In this document: positions 39,574 to 48,039 of the stretch, piece after piece
Position numbering within the stretch: the stretch's first letter is position 1
Layout: the number at the start of each line of letters is the position of its first letter
Assembly: GCF_053078305.1 (NCBI RefSeq)
Contig: NZ_CP166879.1
Direction: 5' to 3' (one strand)
Length of the DNA stretch: 64,000 nucleotides
Program-made: the position numbers and the translations under genes
Notes under the pieces: model-generated
The model's database searches: none
The model's input: the letters and a program-made list of their open reading frames with translations, nothing else
What the model was told of the DNA's origin: nothing

Positions 39574-40655
39574 TGCCTTATCAGCCCTTACCACTGGCGC
39601 AACTGATCACACAGACACAACAGGATATCAGCCAGCGCCTGCCCGGTTCGCAGCCGGGCGTGAATGAAACCACCCTGAATGCCATTGCGTATGCACTGGC
39701 GGGTCTGTCAGCACAGGAGCATGAACATCTGGCCTGGATCTCCCGGCAGATAATTCCGACAGAAGCTGATGAAGCCGAACTCCTGAAACACTGCGCATTC
39801 TGGGGTGTCATCCGTAAACCGGCTTCCCGCGCTGACGGACCGGTACAACTGATGCTGACCACGGATGCAGGGATCACGGAAGGCGTACTCCTTCAGCGAA
39901 GCGATGGTGTTGTGTACCGCATCACCGGCTCTGCGACCGGAAAAGCCGGAACACTGAATGTTAATGTGGAGGCGGAAAGTGCGGGGCGCGCCGGAAATAC
40001 CCCGACCGGAACCCGCCTGTCCTTTATCACGCCACAGGCGGGCATCAACCAGACAGCCACGGTTACCGGCACGGGACTCACCGGTGGTGCGGATGTGGAA
40101 ACGGTGCCGGAGTTGCTGTCCAGGCTGGTATTCCGGGTACAGAACCCGCCATCAGGGGGAACACAGTATGATTTTGAACGTTGGGCACGGGAAGTACCGG
40201 GCGTGACGCGGGCATGGTGTAAGCCTGAATGGCCAGAGGCGGGTAGTGTTGGTGTGACTTTTGTTCAGGATAATAACCCTGACATTTTCCCCGGAGAAGG
40301 TGATGTGAAGCGGGTGGCGGATTATATCCGCAGTCATGATGATCCGGCGACGGGCCAGCCCGTTGGTCAGCCACTTGGGCCGACAATCAGCGTGTTTAAG
40401 CTGACCAATAAGCCGGTGGCGTTTGAGATCAGGATTGTACCCAAAACGCCGGAAAATCAGGCTGCCGTAAAACAGGCATTAACGGACCTGCTTTATAACG
40501 AATCGCGGCCGGGTGGACTTGTATTGCCTTCATCATTCTGGCGGGCTGTTGCAGGGGTGAAAGGACTGGAGGATTTTGAAGTTCGCAGTCCGCTGAAGTC
40601 CGTAATGGCCGGAGATACAGAGTTGCTGACCGTGGGGGAAATCACATGGCTGTAA
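39570..40655 (+). CDS. baseplate wedge protein (Mu gp47, J-like)
   Basis: 361 aa. Confidence 0.7.
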   Translation: MMPYQPLPLAQLITQTQQDISQRLPGSQPGVNETTLNAIAYALAGLSAQEHEHLAWISRQIIPTEADEAELLKHCAFWGVIRKPASRADGPVQLMLTTDAGITEGVLLQRSDGVVYRITGSATGKAGTLNVNVEAESAGRAGNTPTGTRLSFITPQAGINQTATVTGTGLTGGADVETVPELLSRLVFRVQNPPSGGTQYDFERWAREVPGVTRAWCKPEWPEAGSVGVTFVQDNNPDIFPGEGDVKRVADYIRSHDDPATGQPVGQPLGPTISVFKLTNKPVAFEIRIVPKTPENQAAVKQALTDLLYNESRPGGLVLPSSFWRAVAGVKGLEDFEVRSPLKSVMAGDTELLTVGEITWL

Positions 40656-41206
40656 CCCTGACCCCGCATCAGCGCGCCCTGTTGCAGTTGCTGCCTGACG
40701 GGCTGGCATGGGATAAGCGGCCGTCATCCGTTCTTGCAGCTTTGTGCCTGGGTCTCAGTCATTCCACGGAGCGTGTTTCCTGGACCGGTAACCAGATGCT
40801 GGCAGAACGTTTTCCTGATTCATCCCGTCTGCTACTGGAAGACTGGGAGCGTTATCTGGGGTTACCGGAATGTGATATGACCGGCGCAACCATTCAGGAG
40901 CGTCAGCGTTATGCCGGGAATAAATACCGGATGAAACCCTCTCTTAACCGTGAATTTTATATCCGGTTTGCGGCAGAGTTTGGTTATGAAATAGATATCC
41001 AGCCATCACCGGAATCACAATGGATCAGTATTGTGACAGTGAAGACGGCGGTGGGATACCGTCACATGAATGTGCTGGATGATATTCTCACGCCGCTGCG
41101 TATTTATGAAGGCGGTGCGCTGGAATGTATTCTGAACCGTTATAAGCCTGCATGGCAGACGTTTATTTACGTGTATGCAAACAGCCATGAAGAGGAGACT
41201 ATTTAA
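40646..41206 (+). CDS. baseplate / tail protein (Mu gp48)
   Basis: 186 aa. Confidence 0.65.
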   Translation: MAVTLTPHQRALLQLLPDGLAWDKRPSSVLAALCLGLSHSTERVSWTGNQMLAERFPDSSRLLLEDWERYLGLPECDMTGATIQERQRYAGNKYRMKPSLNREFYIRFAAEFGYEIDIQPSPESQWISIVTVKTAVGYRHMNVLDDILTPLRIYEGGALECILNRYKPAWQTFIYVYANSHEEETI

Positions 41207-42117
41207 TGTTTCATGTTGATAATAATTCCGGCGTGGCGAATATGCCTGCGCTGGCACCGGCGCAGAGTAATACCACCACCTGGTTTACCGAAGGTGACGG
41301 ACAAAAAGGTATCAGCTGGATTGGTCAGGACTGGCTGAATATTCTCCAGGCCGAACTGCTGAATATTCTGGCTGAAGCCAGTATTCAGCCGGATAAGGCG
41401 CAGTTAAACCAGCTTACGCTGTCCATTAAAGCCATTATCGCTGCGAATGCCTTTTCCCGGAAAAACAACCTGAAAGAAATTGCTGATGCCGGTGCGGAAG
41501 CCCAGCGTCTTGCCCGTGGTTATCTTGGTCTTGGGGCGCTTGCCACAAAAAACAGTCTTGGTCCCGGTGACGTTAATGCTCTGGCGAAGGATCAGAACCT
41601 TGCCGACCTGGAGAATGCGGGAACCGCCCGTAATAATCTGGATGTTTACAGCAAAAGCGAAGGTGATAACCGTTACCTGCGCAGGGAGCAGAACGGCGCA
41701 GACATTCCGGATAAAGGCGCTTTTATCGATAACGTCGGTTTACGGGAAACGGTAAATAAGGCTGCTGATGCCCTGCCATCGGGTGGAACCGCCGTGGCAG
41801 CAAACAGACTCGCCACCCCAAGAAATATTAATGGCGTTCCTTTTGACGGAACGCAGGATATCAACATCACGTCAGGAATGACGCAGTCAACCGCAGATGG
41901 CCGGTATGTACAGAATGTTCAGCTTGGAGCACAGAGCTATCATTCACCCGGAGGCAATGAAATATCATGGAATTACAGCGCACCTTCCGGTTGTATGCTT
42001 TCCGGTATTAACGTGCAGGAAACCGGCTCCCGGTCTGCGGACAATATCGGTGGGGTCTATTATCGCCCGGTTCAGATTTATATTAATAATGCCTGGAGAA
42101 CGGTAAGTTCAGTGTAA
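41206..42117 (+). CDS. tail fiber protein S; C-terminal ~120 codons lie inside the invertible segment (Sv in current orientation)
   Basis: 303 aa; C-terminus homologous to the minus-strand alternative segment (YYRPVQIYINNAWRTVSS vs YYRPVQFLIDGSWKTASS). Confidence 0.8.
   Translation: MFHVDNNSGVANMPALAPAQSNTTTWFTEGDGQKGISWIGQDWLNILQAELLNILAEASIQPDKAQLNQLTLSIKAIIAANAFSRKNNLKEIADAGAEAQRLARGYLGLGALATKNSLGPGDVNALAKDQNLADLENAGTARNNLDVYSKSEGDNRYLRREQNGADIPDKGAFIDNVGLRETVNKAADALPSGGTAVAANRLATPRNINGVPFDGTQDINITSGMTQSTADGRYVQNVQLGAQSYHSPGGNEISWNYSAPSGCMLSGINVQETGSRSADNIGGVYYRPVQIYINNAWRTVSSV
41735..41888 (+). repeat. left inverted repeat of invertible segment
   Basis: TCGGTTTACGGG ... CCAAGAAATATTAATGG ... 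ACGCAGTC matches reverse complement of 42957-43110. Confidence 0.7.
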
Positions 42118-42151
42118 ACCACAGAAAAGGGTGCTGAATGCACCCTCTGAA

Positions 42152-42673
42152 TTATTCCGGTTTTTCCGGCCAGGGAATCGCCTGGTAATGCCCCTCACTG
42201 GCAATATCATTAAAGTGCATTTCTTTAAGCTGTCGGATATACGCCATCCAGCGCGTCAGCTGTAATTTATTTTCATCGCTAATCATGTCCAGTTTTAATT
42301 CTGTTTTCCAGTCATCCACGGTTTCGTTGGCTTCCTGGAGCAGCGATGAGCGACGCTTTTCAGCAACCGTCTTCCAGTTTACCGGCACCTTTGATATCAG
42401 GCCATCAGAAAACTGCCAGTTACCGTCAATATTCACACCTTCCGGCAGTTCGTCCACTTCAACAACAGTAAAACCTGCCGGATATAAAGCAGAGACATCT
42501 TCAGCAACAGAGCAGATAATACCCGTTACAGGCGAAATACAGAGTTTGTATTTCTTTGTGAAAAGCGGGATAGATTCATAAAAATCCCTTCCGTCCTCAC
42601 TCTGGAAATACTGAACATCCTCACCATAGGGTTTGTGTTCCGGGTAATATCGTTTTACGTTAATAAGCTCCAT
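42152..42673 (-). CDS. tail fiber assembly chaperone (Tfa/U-like), inverted relative to S in current orientation
   Basis: ~174 aa from MELINVKRYYPE; typical Tfa N-terminus; lies inside invertible segment. Confidence 0.75.
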   Translation of the reverse strand: MELINVKRYYPEHKPYGEDVQYFQSEDGRDFYESIPLFTKKYKLCISPVTGIICSVAEDVSALYPAGFTVVEVDELPEGVNIDGNWQFSDGLISKVPVNWKTVAEKRRSSLLQEANETVDDWKTELKLDMISDENKLQLTRWMAYIRQLKEMHFNDIASEGHYQAIPWPEKPE

Positions 42674-42752
42674 TATTTCACCTTGTTTTTGTTGAAAAGA
42701 CAAAATCATCATATATTTATTCAGATAATCTGTTTTTTGAACTACTGCACTT

Positions 42753-43095
42753 TTATGCGCTGGAAGCTGTTTTCCACGAACCATCTATCAGAAACTGAAC
42801 AGGTCGATAATATGCGGTTACCGTTGCATTACCATCACCAGCGACATCAAGCCCTGTAAGTACGCATCCGTCAGGAACTTCAAAAATATTATATTGCATT
42901 CCAATCGTTGACCTTGAACCTCTTCGAATGCTTTGAACATAACGTGAGTCAGCCACAGACTGCGTCATCCCCGATGTAATATTTATATCCTGCGTTCCGT
43001 CAAATGGGACACCATTAATATTTCTTGGAGTGGCGAGTTTATTCGCTGCAACAGCCGTTCCGTTCGATGGCAGGGCATTCGCGGCCCTGTTTACA
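42753..43095 (-). CDS. alternative tail-fiber C-terminal segment (Sv'-like), promoterless in current orientation
   Basis: minus-strand frame open from the right gix site; homologous to S C-terminus (MTQSVADSRYVQ..., YYRPVQFLIDGSWKTASSA). Confidence 0.65.
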
Positions 43096-43110
43096 GTATC
43101 CCGTAAACCG
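42957..43110 (-). repeat. right inverted repeat of invertible segment
   Basis: reverse complement matches 41735-41888 with scattered mismatches. Confidence 0.7.
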
Positions 43111-43177
43111 AGGTTTCAGGGATGCCGTATATCTGCTTTAAAAGGCCTTTCCACCTCTTTTTAAGGAAGGTAAATAC

Positions 43178-43738
43178 ATGCTGATTGGCTATATACGCGT
43201 ATCAACAAATGACCAGAACACCGGTTTACAAAGAAATGCGCTGGAATGTGCAGGATGTGAGCAGATTTTTGAAGACAAAATGAGTGGTAAAACGACACAG
43301 CGGCCGGGACTGAAGCGGGCACTGAAGAAACTAAAACCCGGTGACACACTGATGGTCTGGAAACTGGACAGGCTGGGGCGCAGTATGCGCCACCTTGTTG
43401 CGCTGACAGATGAATTACAGCAACAGGGGATAAATTTTCGTAGTCTTACTGACAACATTGATACGTCAACCCCCATGGGGCGCTTCTTTTTTCACATAAT
43501 GGGTGCGCTGGCAGAAATGGAGCGTGAATTAATTGTCGAACGGACACGGGCTGGTCTTGCAGCTGCCCGTGAAAGGGGACGAACCGGCGGCAGACCCCGT
43601 CGTCTCACGCAGGAACAATACGAGCAGGTCGGGCGTTTACTGGCCGGGGGTGTCAGTCGAAGACAGGTGGCACTTATTTTTGATATCGGCCTTTCAACCC
43701 TTTATCGTTATTATCCTGCGAGCGTTTCGGAAAAATAA
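43178..43738 (+). CDS. gin: Gin/Hin/Pin-family serine DNA invertase
   Basis: 186 aa; catalytic-Ser N-terminus MLIGYIRVSTNDQN; C-terminal HTH; adjacent to invertible segment. Confidence 0.9.
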   Translation: MLIGYIRVSTNDQNTGLQRNALECAGCEQIFEDKMSGKTTQRPGLKRALKKLKPGDTLMVWKLDRLGRSMRHLVALTDELQQQGINFRSLTDNIDTSTPMGRFFFHIMGALAEMERELIVERTRAGLAAARERGRTGGRPRRLTQEQYEQVGRLLAGGVSRRQVALIFDIGLSTLYRYYPASVSEK

Positions 43739-43828
43739 GACGCTCCCTTTGTTGGGCCTTTACTGAATTAACGCAAAATGGCGTTTATCGGTCTGTGGAT
43801 ATGATAATTCTGTTTATTCAGGAACAGG

Positions 43829-45886
43829 ATGAATATTATGACGTCCAAATGGGTTCAACTATCATCAATGCCCGGAAACTTTACCGTTAAAGTTTCCGGT
43901 GGTACAGCGGCATTTCTTGAGGCTCCCTTTCCTCCTGCTGAAACGAAAGGAGGAATGACATTTGCTGACTGTCTCATCAGTTTTAATACACAGGATTGCC
44001 TGTGGGTAAGGCCAGTATCCGGTGATCCGAACGTGGAAATTACCGGAGCGGGTATTGGTGCTGTCATTCCGTTAAGTGCTGATGTTGCCGGTACTACTGA
44101 ACCGTCAGACTGGGATAATGCAGAAACACATACCCGTCCGGCAGGAAATGAAACGGCTTCCAGCTCCCCTTCCTGGTATTACGTGATTGTTATAGCCGGC
44201 CAGTCCAATGCTTCATCTTATGGTGAAGGGTTGCCCCTTCCGGATTCTTATGATCGTCCTGATCCACGTATTATGCAGCTGGCACGCAGGAATACACAAA
44301 CCCCCGGAGGTATTCCCTGCAAATACAATGAAATCATTCCAGCAGATCACTGCCTTCATGATGTTCAGAATATGAGTCTGCTGAACCATCCAAAAGCAGA
44401 CCTGAAAAAAGGGCAGTATGGTTGTGTGGGGCAGGGACTTCATATTGCGAAAAAAGTATTACCGGTGATTCCTGCTGATGCCGGGATTTTACTGGTTCCC
44501 TGTGCCCGTGGCGGCTCTGCTTTTACAACCGGCGCAGTTGGCTCATTCGATCCGGCAAGTGGTGCAGCCGAGGCGTCACTACGCTGGGGAGTGGATACCC
44601 CACTGTATCAGGATCTTGTCAGTCGAACTAAAGCGGCACTTGAGGCGAATCCAAAGAATGTGCTGTTATCTGTCGTATGGATTCAGGGGGAAGGAGACCT
44701 TAAAGCGACCCCGGCCCAGCATGGTGCCCAGTTTACTGCGATGGTGAAAAAATTCCGTGCGGATCTTGGGGCTTTCTCCGGTCAGTGTATTGGTGGTTCA
44801 TCAGACAGTGTGCCGTGGTTATGTGGTGACACAACCTATGACTGGAAAGAGAAGAACCCGGCGGCATATGAAACCATTTATAGCGGATATAAAAACCGGG
44901 CTTCCGAGAACATTCACTTTGTTCCACTGATGCACGATGAGTTCGGTAATAAAACCGCGACCAACCTGCCGGAGCACGACCCGGATATCGCTTCTGCCGG
45001 GTATTATGGTGCGGAATCACGGGGAGATGGCAACTGGACAACAGCATCCAGGGCAACCCATTTTAGCTCCTGGGCGCGCCGTTTTCTGGTCTCAGATCGT
45101 TTTGCATCAGCAATTCTTAAATATGCAGGTCTGACCTCTGCATTTATTGCCGGTGTGGCCCCTGATGGTGAAACCCTGCCTCAGCCCGCGCCGGGTGGGA
45201 AACCGGAAGCGCCGACAGGTAGTCAGCCAGGAGGCAGTGAGTCCCCCCATCCGACATCCCCGTCACTCCGTACGCTGCTTTCACTTAAAGCATCAGCAGG
45301 AGAAGCCCCGGCTCAGGGCTGGAAAATTACAGATGGTACAATCCAGCTGACGGACGAAGGTAAAGCGTTGACCGTATCCAAACAAAGCGGAAAAACCTGG
45401 ACGCTTACCCATGGAACTGATGCAGCCGGTGAACTTCTGAAGCATGGTGGTCAGTTGACCTGTAAATTCCGTCTGTCAGGTGAAGTAAAAGAAGGCCAGT
45501 TTGCTCTGGGTATTTACCTCCACACCGATACGGTCCCGGAAGGTGTAACCATGAGTGGTACAGGCACACCGTTCCTGATGGCGTATTATCTCCAGACAAC
45601 AGGCGGCCAGTTAAATCTGATGCACCATAAAACAGGGGGGAATACGAAACTGGGATCATTTGGAGCCTACAATAACCAGTGGCATACACTTGTCCTGAAG
45701 TTTACGGCGGGAAGTGCCCAGGTAACGCCTGTGCTGGATGGCACTCCGGGCCAGGCATTCCAGATGGTGAAAGATGCACTTTCCCCTGCCAAAGATACGC
45801 TGACACTGACAGATGTCACCAAAGGGGCAACTTATGGCGTGTCTTTTGAGAGCGTTGTCCTTGAGGTTAATACCCCTGCGGCATAA
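43829..45886 (+). CDS. cargo protein with central SGNH / sialate-O-acetylesterase-like domain and C-terminal beta-sandwich domain
   Basis: 685 aa; GQSNASSYGE motif after a hydrophobic strand, typical of SASA/DUF303 esterases; Pro/Gly-rich linker PQPAPGGKPEAPTGSQPGGSESP; Mu has no gene here. Confidence 0.6.
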   Translation: MNIMTSKWVQLSSMPGNFTVKVSGGTAAFLEAPFPPAETKGGMTFADCLISFNTQDCLWVRPVSGDPNVEITGAGIGAVIPLSADVAGTTEPSDWDNAETHTRPAGNETASSSPSWYYVIVIAGQSNASSYGEGLPLPDSYDRPDPRIMQLARRNTQTPGGIPCKYNEIIPADHCLHDVQNMSLLNHPKADLKKGQYGCVGQGLHIAKKVLPVIPADAGILLVPCARGGSAFTTGAVGSFDPASGAAEASLRWGVDTPLYQDLVSRTKAALEANPKNVLLSVVWIQGEGDLKATPAQHGAQFTAMVKKFRADLGAFSGQCIGGSSDSVPWLCGDTTYDWKEKNPAAYETIYSGYKNRASENIHFVPLMHDEFGNKTATNLPEHDPDIASAGYYGAESRGDGNWTTASRATHFSSWARRFLVSDRFASAILKYAGLTSAFIAGVAPDGETLPQPAPGGKPEAPTGSQPGGSESPHPTSPSLRTLLSLKASAGEAPAQGWKITDGTIQLTDEGKALTVSKQSGKTWTLTHGTDAAGELLKHGGQLTCKFRLSGEVKEGQFALGIYLHTDTVPEGVTMSGTGTPFLMAYYLQTTGGQLNLMHHKTGGNTKLGSFGAYNNQWHTLVLKFTAGSAQVTPVLDGTPGQAFQMVKDALSPAKDTLTLTDVTKGATYGVSFESVVLEVNTPAA

Positions 45887-45943
45887 TCGTGACGGCCGGG
45901 AATTTATCCGGCTGTAACATCAGTTAATAAGAGTGAGGCTTAT

Positions 45944-46123
45944 ATGACATATATAAACGTCTGCCTGCTGTATTTCTGCACGGTGGTTTGTTGTCTGTTG
46001 CTTGTCAGCGGTGGTTATAAAATTATTCGCAATTATTTTCGAAATAAAATTGATGCAGCTGCCGAGGAAAAGATAAAAAGCGGTGCTGTAATGCCGCAGC
46101 CGAAAGACTCCGGTCAGATTTAA
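45944..46123 (+). CDS. small membrane protein (59 aa)
   Basis: ATG with GAGG Shine-Dalgarno 6 nt upstream; hydrophobic Cys-rich N-terminus CLLYFCTVVCCLLLVSGG; below the 60-aa ORF-track cutoff. Confidence 0.4.
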   Translation: MTYINVCLLYFCTVVCCLLLVSGGYKIIRNYFRNKIDAAAEEKIKSGAVMPQPKDSGQI

Positions 46124-46158
46124 TTTTTTGTGAACCAGAAAAGGAAAGGAGAATATTC

Positions 46159-46404
46159 ATGCCAGAGATTAAAGGCACGGTTACTGAAGAGCTTGTCAAA
46201 CAGGCACTTTATTCTGAAGAAGTGAACCGCGTGCTGAAGGCGCAGGTTCGCAAGGATTTTGAGGCACAAATCGACGCATATGTTGATGAAGTGCTGGCCC
46301 GAATGGTTGGTCGTTCTCCGGCTGAAAACAGCACGGAAAATGAGCCTCAACCCGTAGAGCAACCAGAGCCGGTTCAACCCGGAACTGACGGTACTATGAT
46401 GTAA
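46159..46404 (+). CDS. small acidic hypothetical protein
   Basis: 81 aa; AGGAG Shine-Dalgarno upstream; acidic Pro/Glu-rich C-terminus. Confidence 0.45.
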   Translation: MPEIKGTVTEELVKQALYSEEVNRVLKAQVRKDFEAQIDAYVDEVLARMVGRSPAENSTENEPQPVEQPEPVQPGTDGTMM

Positions 46405-46442
46405 CAATACCGACCGGCAGGTTTCCCTGCCGGGTGAATTTG

Positions 46443-46613
46443 TTAATGCACGTTTTGTGTATTTTCCCTCCGGGGAGAACAGGCAGGACATATCAGCATC
46501 CTGAAACAGGAAGCATTTTTTGGTTTGTATGTCTTGCCATTTTGAGATCGAGAACGGCGATAGATGAGCTGTAAGGGAGTCTTACAGGCAGGGCAAACAG
46601 GCTCTTTATCCAT
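46443..46613 (-). CDS. small zinc-ribbon protein (two CPAC motifs)
   Basis: 56 aa from internal Met (MDKEPVCPACKTPL...ICPACSPRR); AAGGAGA Shine-Dalgarno 8 nt upstream on minus strand. Confidence 0.45.
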   Translation of the reverse strand: MDKEPVCPACKTPLQLIYRRSRSQNGKTYKPKNASCFRMLICPACSPRRENTQNVH

Positions 46614-46721
46614 GATAAAGATCTCCTTTTTATGCATCTCTGCTTTACAGGAGACCGGGGAATATCATAGGATACGCCACGAGCTCGAAGTAAAGCATTG
46701 ATGCAAGTTTTTACAGATTGA

Positions 46722-46756
46722 CCCAGCATAGTTCCAGCTATGCTGGGTTTCCCTTT
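46722..46756 (+). terminator. rho-independent terminator-like hairpin (or palindromic operator)
   Basis: perfect 10-bp inverted repeat CCCAGCATAG-TTCCAG-CTATGCTGGG followed by TTTCCCTTTTA. Confidence 0.5.
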
Positions 46757-46757
46757 T

Positions 46758-47019
46758 ATGTAGTATCCTGTTGATTTGAAACATACTACATATACGCGCG
46801 ATCCTACCTTCACTGTATAAAAAGTCAATAAAATGATCATTTTATGATCGTTTTCACCACCTAACTCTTCGTTTCTTTAAGTAAATAATCACCGCCCTGA
46901 ATCATTGTTGATGACTTTTAAATCTATTTGTTGTATCAATTAAACAAATCGAATCGATCGTTTTTGTCGATCGATTGCATGAGAAAGGCATCAACAACAA
47001 AGCAGGAGGTTATGCGGCC
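46758..47019 (+). promoter_or_regulatory. com-mom control region with dyad symmetries and Dam GATC cluster
   Basis: ATGTAGTAT-N16-ATACTACAT dyad (46758-46791); palindrome AAATGATCATTT (46831-46842); GATC at 46800, 46835, 46846, 46956, 46969; two TCGATCG motifs 13 bp apart ~50-65 bp upstream of com. Confidence 0.5.
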
Positions 47020-47220
47020 ATGTATCGAAACATACGGTGCCGACACTGCAATAAGCTACTGGCACGGGCCAGTTTCAGTTATCTGGAAGTAAAATGTCCG
47101 CGCTGTAAAACCCTCAATCAAATCACATCTCCGAGCGCCACAGAGCACCCCACATACACAAGGAAATCCTGTCGTGGGGAACAGAAAGCAAGTCACATCC
47201 CGTATCATCAGCACGCCTGA
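47020..47220 (+). CDS. com: Com zinc-finger translational activator of mom
   Basis: 67 aa; [10 protein letters not shown]...[12 protein letters not shown] parallels Mu Com as recalled; AGGAGG Shine-Dalgarno upstream; overlaps mom start. Confidence 0.8.
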   Translation: MYRNIRCRHCNKLLARASFSYLEVKCPRCKTLNQITSPSATEHPTYTRKSCRGEQKASHIPYHQHA

Positions 47221-47911
47221 ACTTATTCGCTATAACGACAATATCGTTGGTTATGGCTCCCGTGAGTTGCGGGTTGAGACAATAAGTTGCTGGCTGGCCA
47301 GACTGGTTATCGTCAATAAACATTACAGCCACCGTTTCGTAAATAATTCCTACCTTCATCTGGGTATATTTTCAGAACGGGAACTTGTTGGCGTAATGCA
47401 ATGGGGTTACGCCCTTAACCCAAACAGTGGTGCACGCGTCGTAACGGGTACGCAGAACCGAGAATATATGGAGCTTAACCGGCTATGGATGCATGACTGT
47501 ATGCCGAGAAACTCCGAATCAAGGGCAATCAGTTACGCGCTCAAGCTAATCAGGCAGCTTTATCCGCAGGTACAGTGGGTTCAGTCGTTTGCAGATGAGC
47601 GTTGTGGCTGTCTTGGTGTCGTGTATCAGGCAAGCAATTTTGATTATGTAGGCAGCCATGAATCAACATTCTATGAACTTGATGGCGAGTGGTATCACGA
47701 GATTTGCAGGAGTGCCATTAAACGAGGCGGACAACGAGGTGAACATCTGAGGGCTAATATCGACAGAGCCAGTGTGCATAAGTTCCGACAGTTTCGTTAC
47801 ATCCGGTTTCTGAACAAGAGGGCCAGAAAACGCCTCAACACAAAGCTATTCAAAGTCCAGCCTTACCCAAAACCACAAACAGTTAAAACTGGTTTGAAAG
47901 AGAGTGAATGA
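47174..47911 (+). CDS. mom: Mom DNA-modification enzyme (adenine N6 modification, anti-restriction)
   Basis: 245 aa; last prophage gene, overlapped by com as in Mu; family assignment from position and com linkage. Confidence 0.7.
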   Translation: MGNRKQVTSRIISTPELIRYNDNIVGYGSRELRVETISCWLARLVIVNKHYSHRFVNNSYLHLGIFSERELVGVMQWGYALNPNSGARVVTGTQNREYMELNRLWMHDCMPRNSESRAISYALKLIRQLYPQVQWVQSFADERCGCLGVVYQASNFDYVGSHESTFYELDGEWYHEICRSAIKRGGQRGEHLRANIDRASVHKFRQFRYIRFLNKRARKRLNTKLFKVQPYPKPQTVKTGLKESE

Positions 47912-47957
47912 GCGCTTAAAAACTCATTCTAAAACTCAAAAGAAAAGCGCCGATTTA

Positions 47958-48039
47958 GTATCAAATAAGTTGCGTATCGGCGTTTTTCAGCGGTATCAAA
48001 TGAAATGCAAATCGGTATCAAAAAAATCGCCGCGCTATA
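47958..48039 (+). repeat. prophage right end (attR-like) with three transposase-binding-site repeats
   Basis: AGTATCAAA (47958), GGTATCAAA (47992), GGTATCAAA (48014): inverted copies of the left-end motif, clustered like Mu R1-R3; terminus placed where ftnB reading frame diverges. Confidence 0.6.

Larger units (their letters stand above)
41721..43121. other. Gin-invertible G-like segment carrying alternative tail-fiber C-termini
   Basis: bounded by inverted gix-like sites (left ~41721-41746, right ~43096-43121 with AAACCGAGGTTT centre) and ~150-bp imperfect inverted repeats; gin immediately downstream. Confidence 0.75.
8897..48039 (+). mobile_element. Mu-like transposable prophage (~39.1 kb), apparently complete
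   Basis: Mu gene order c-ner-A-B ... gam ... gemA, Mor/C, lys, terminase, portal, F, G, I, T, sheath, tube, tape measure, baseplate, S, invertible segment, gin, com, mom; inverted TTTGATACY end repeats; ends inferred within a few bp from host gene truncation points. Confidence 0.85.

Noticed and set aside
46493-46840. 115-aa minus-strand ORF spanning the com upstream control region
   Set aside because: Crosses the palindromes and terminator-like hairpin, has no ribosome-binding site, and the shorter zinc-ribbon ORF with a strong Shine-Dalgarno is the better call.
47929-48039. Extension of the minus-strand ORF beyond the ferritin-like N-terminus as a real fusion protein
   Set aside because: After ~47 ferritin-like residues the frame runs through the prophage right-end repeats; this is read-through of a truncated gene, not a designed fusion.
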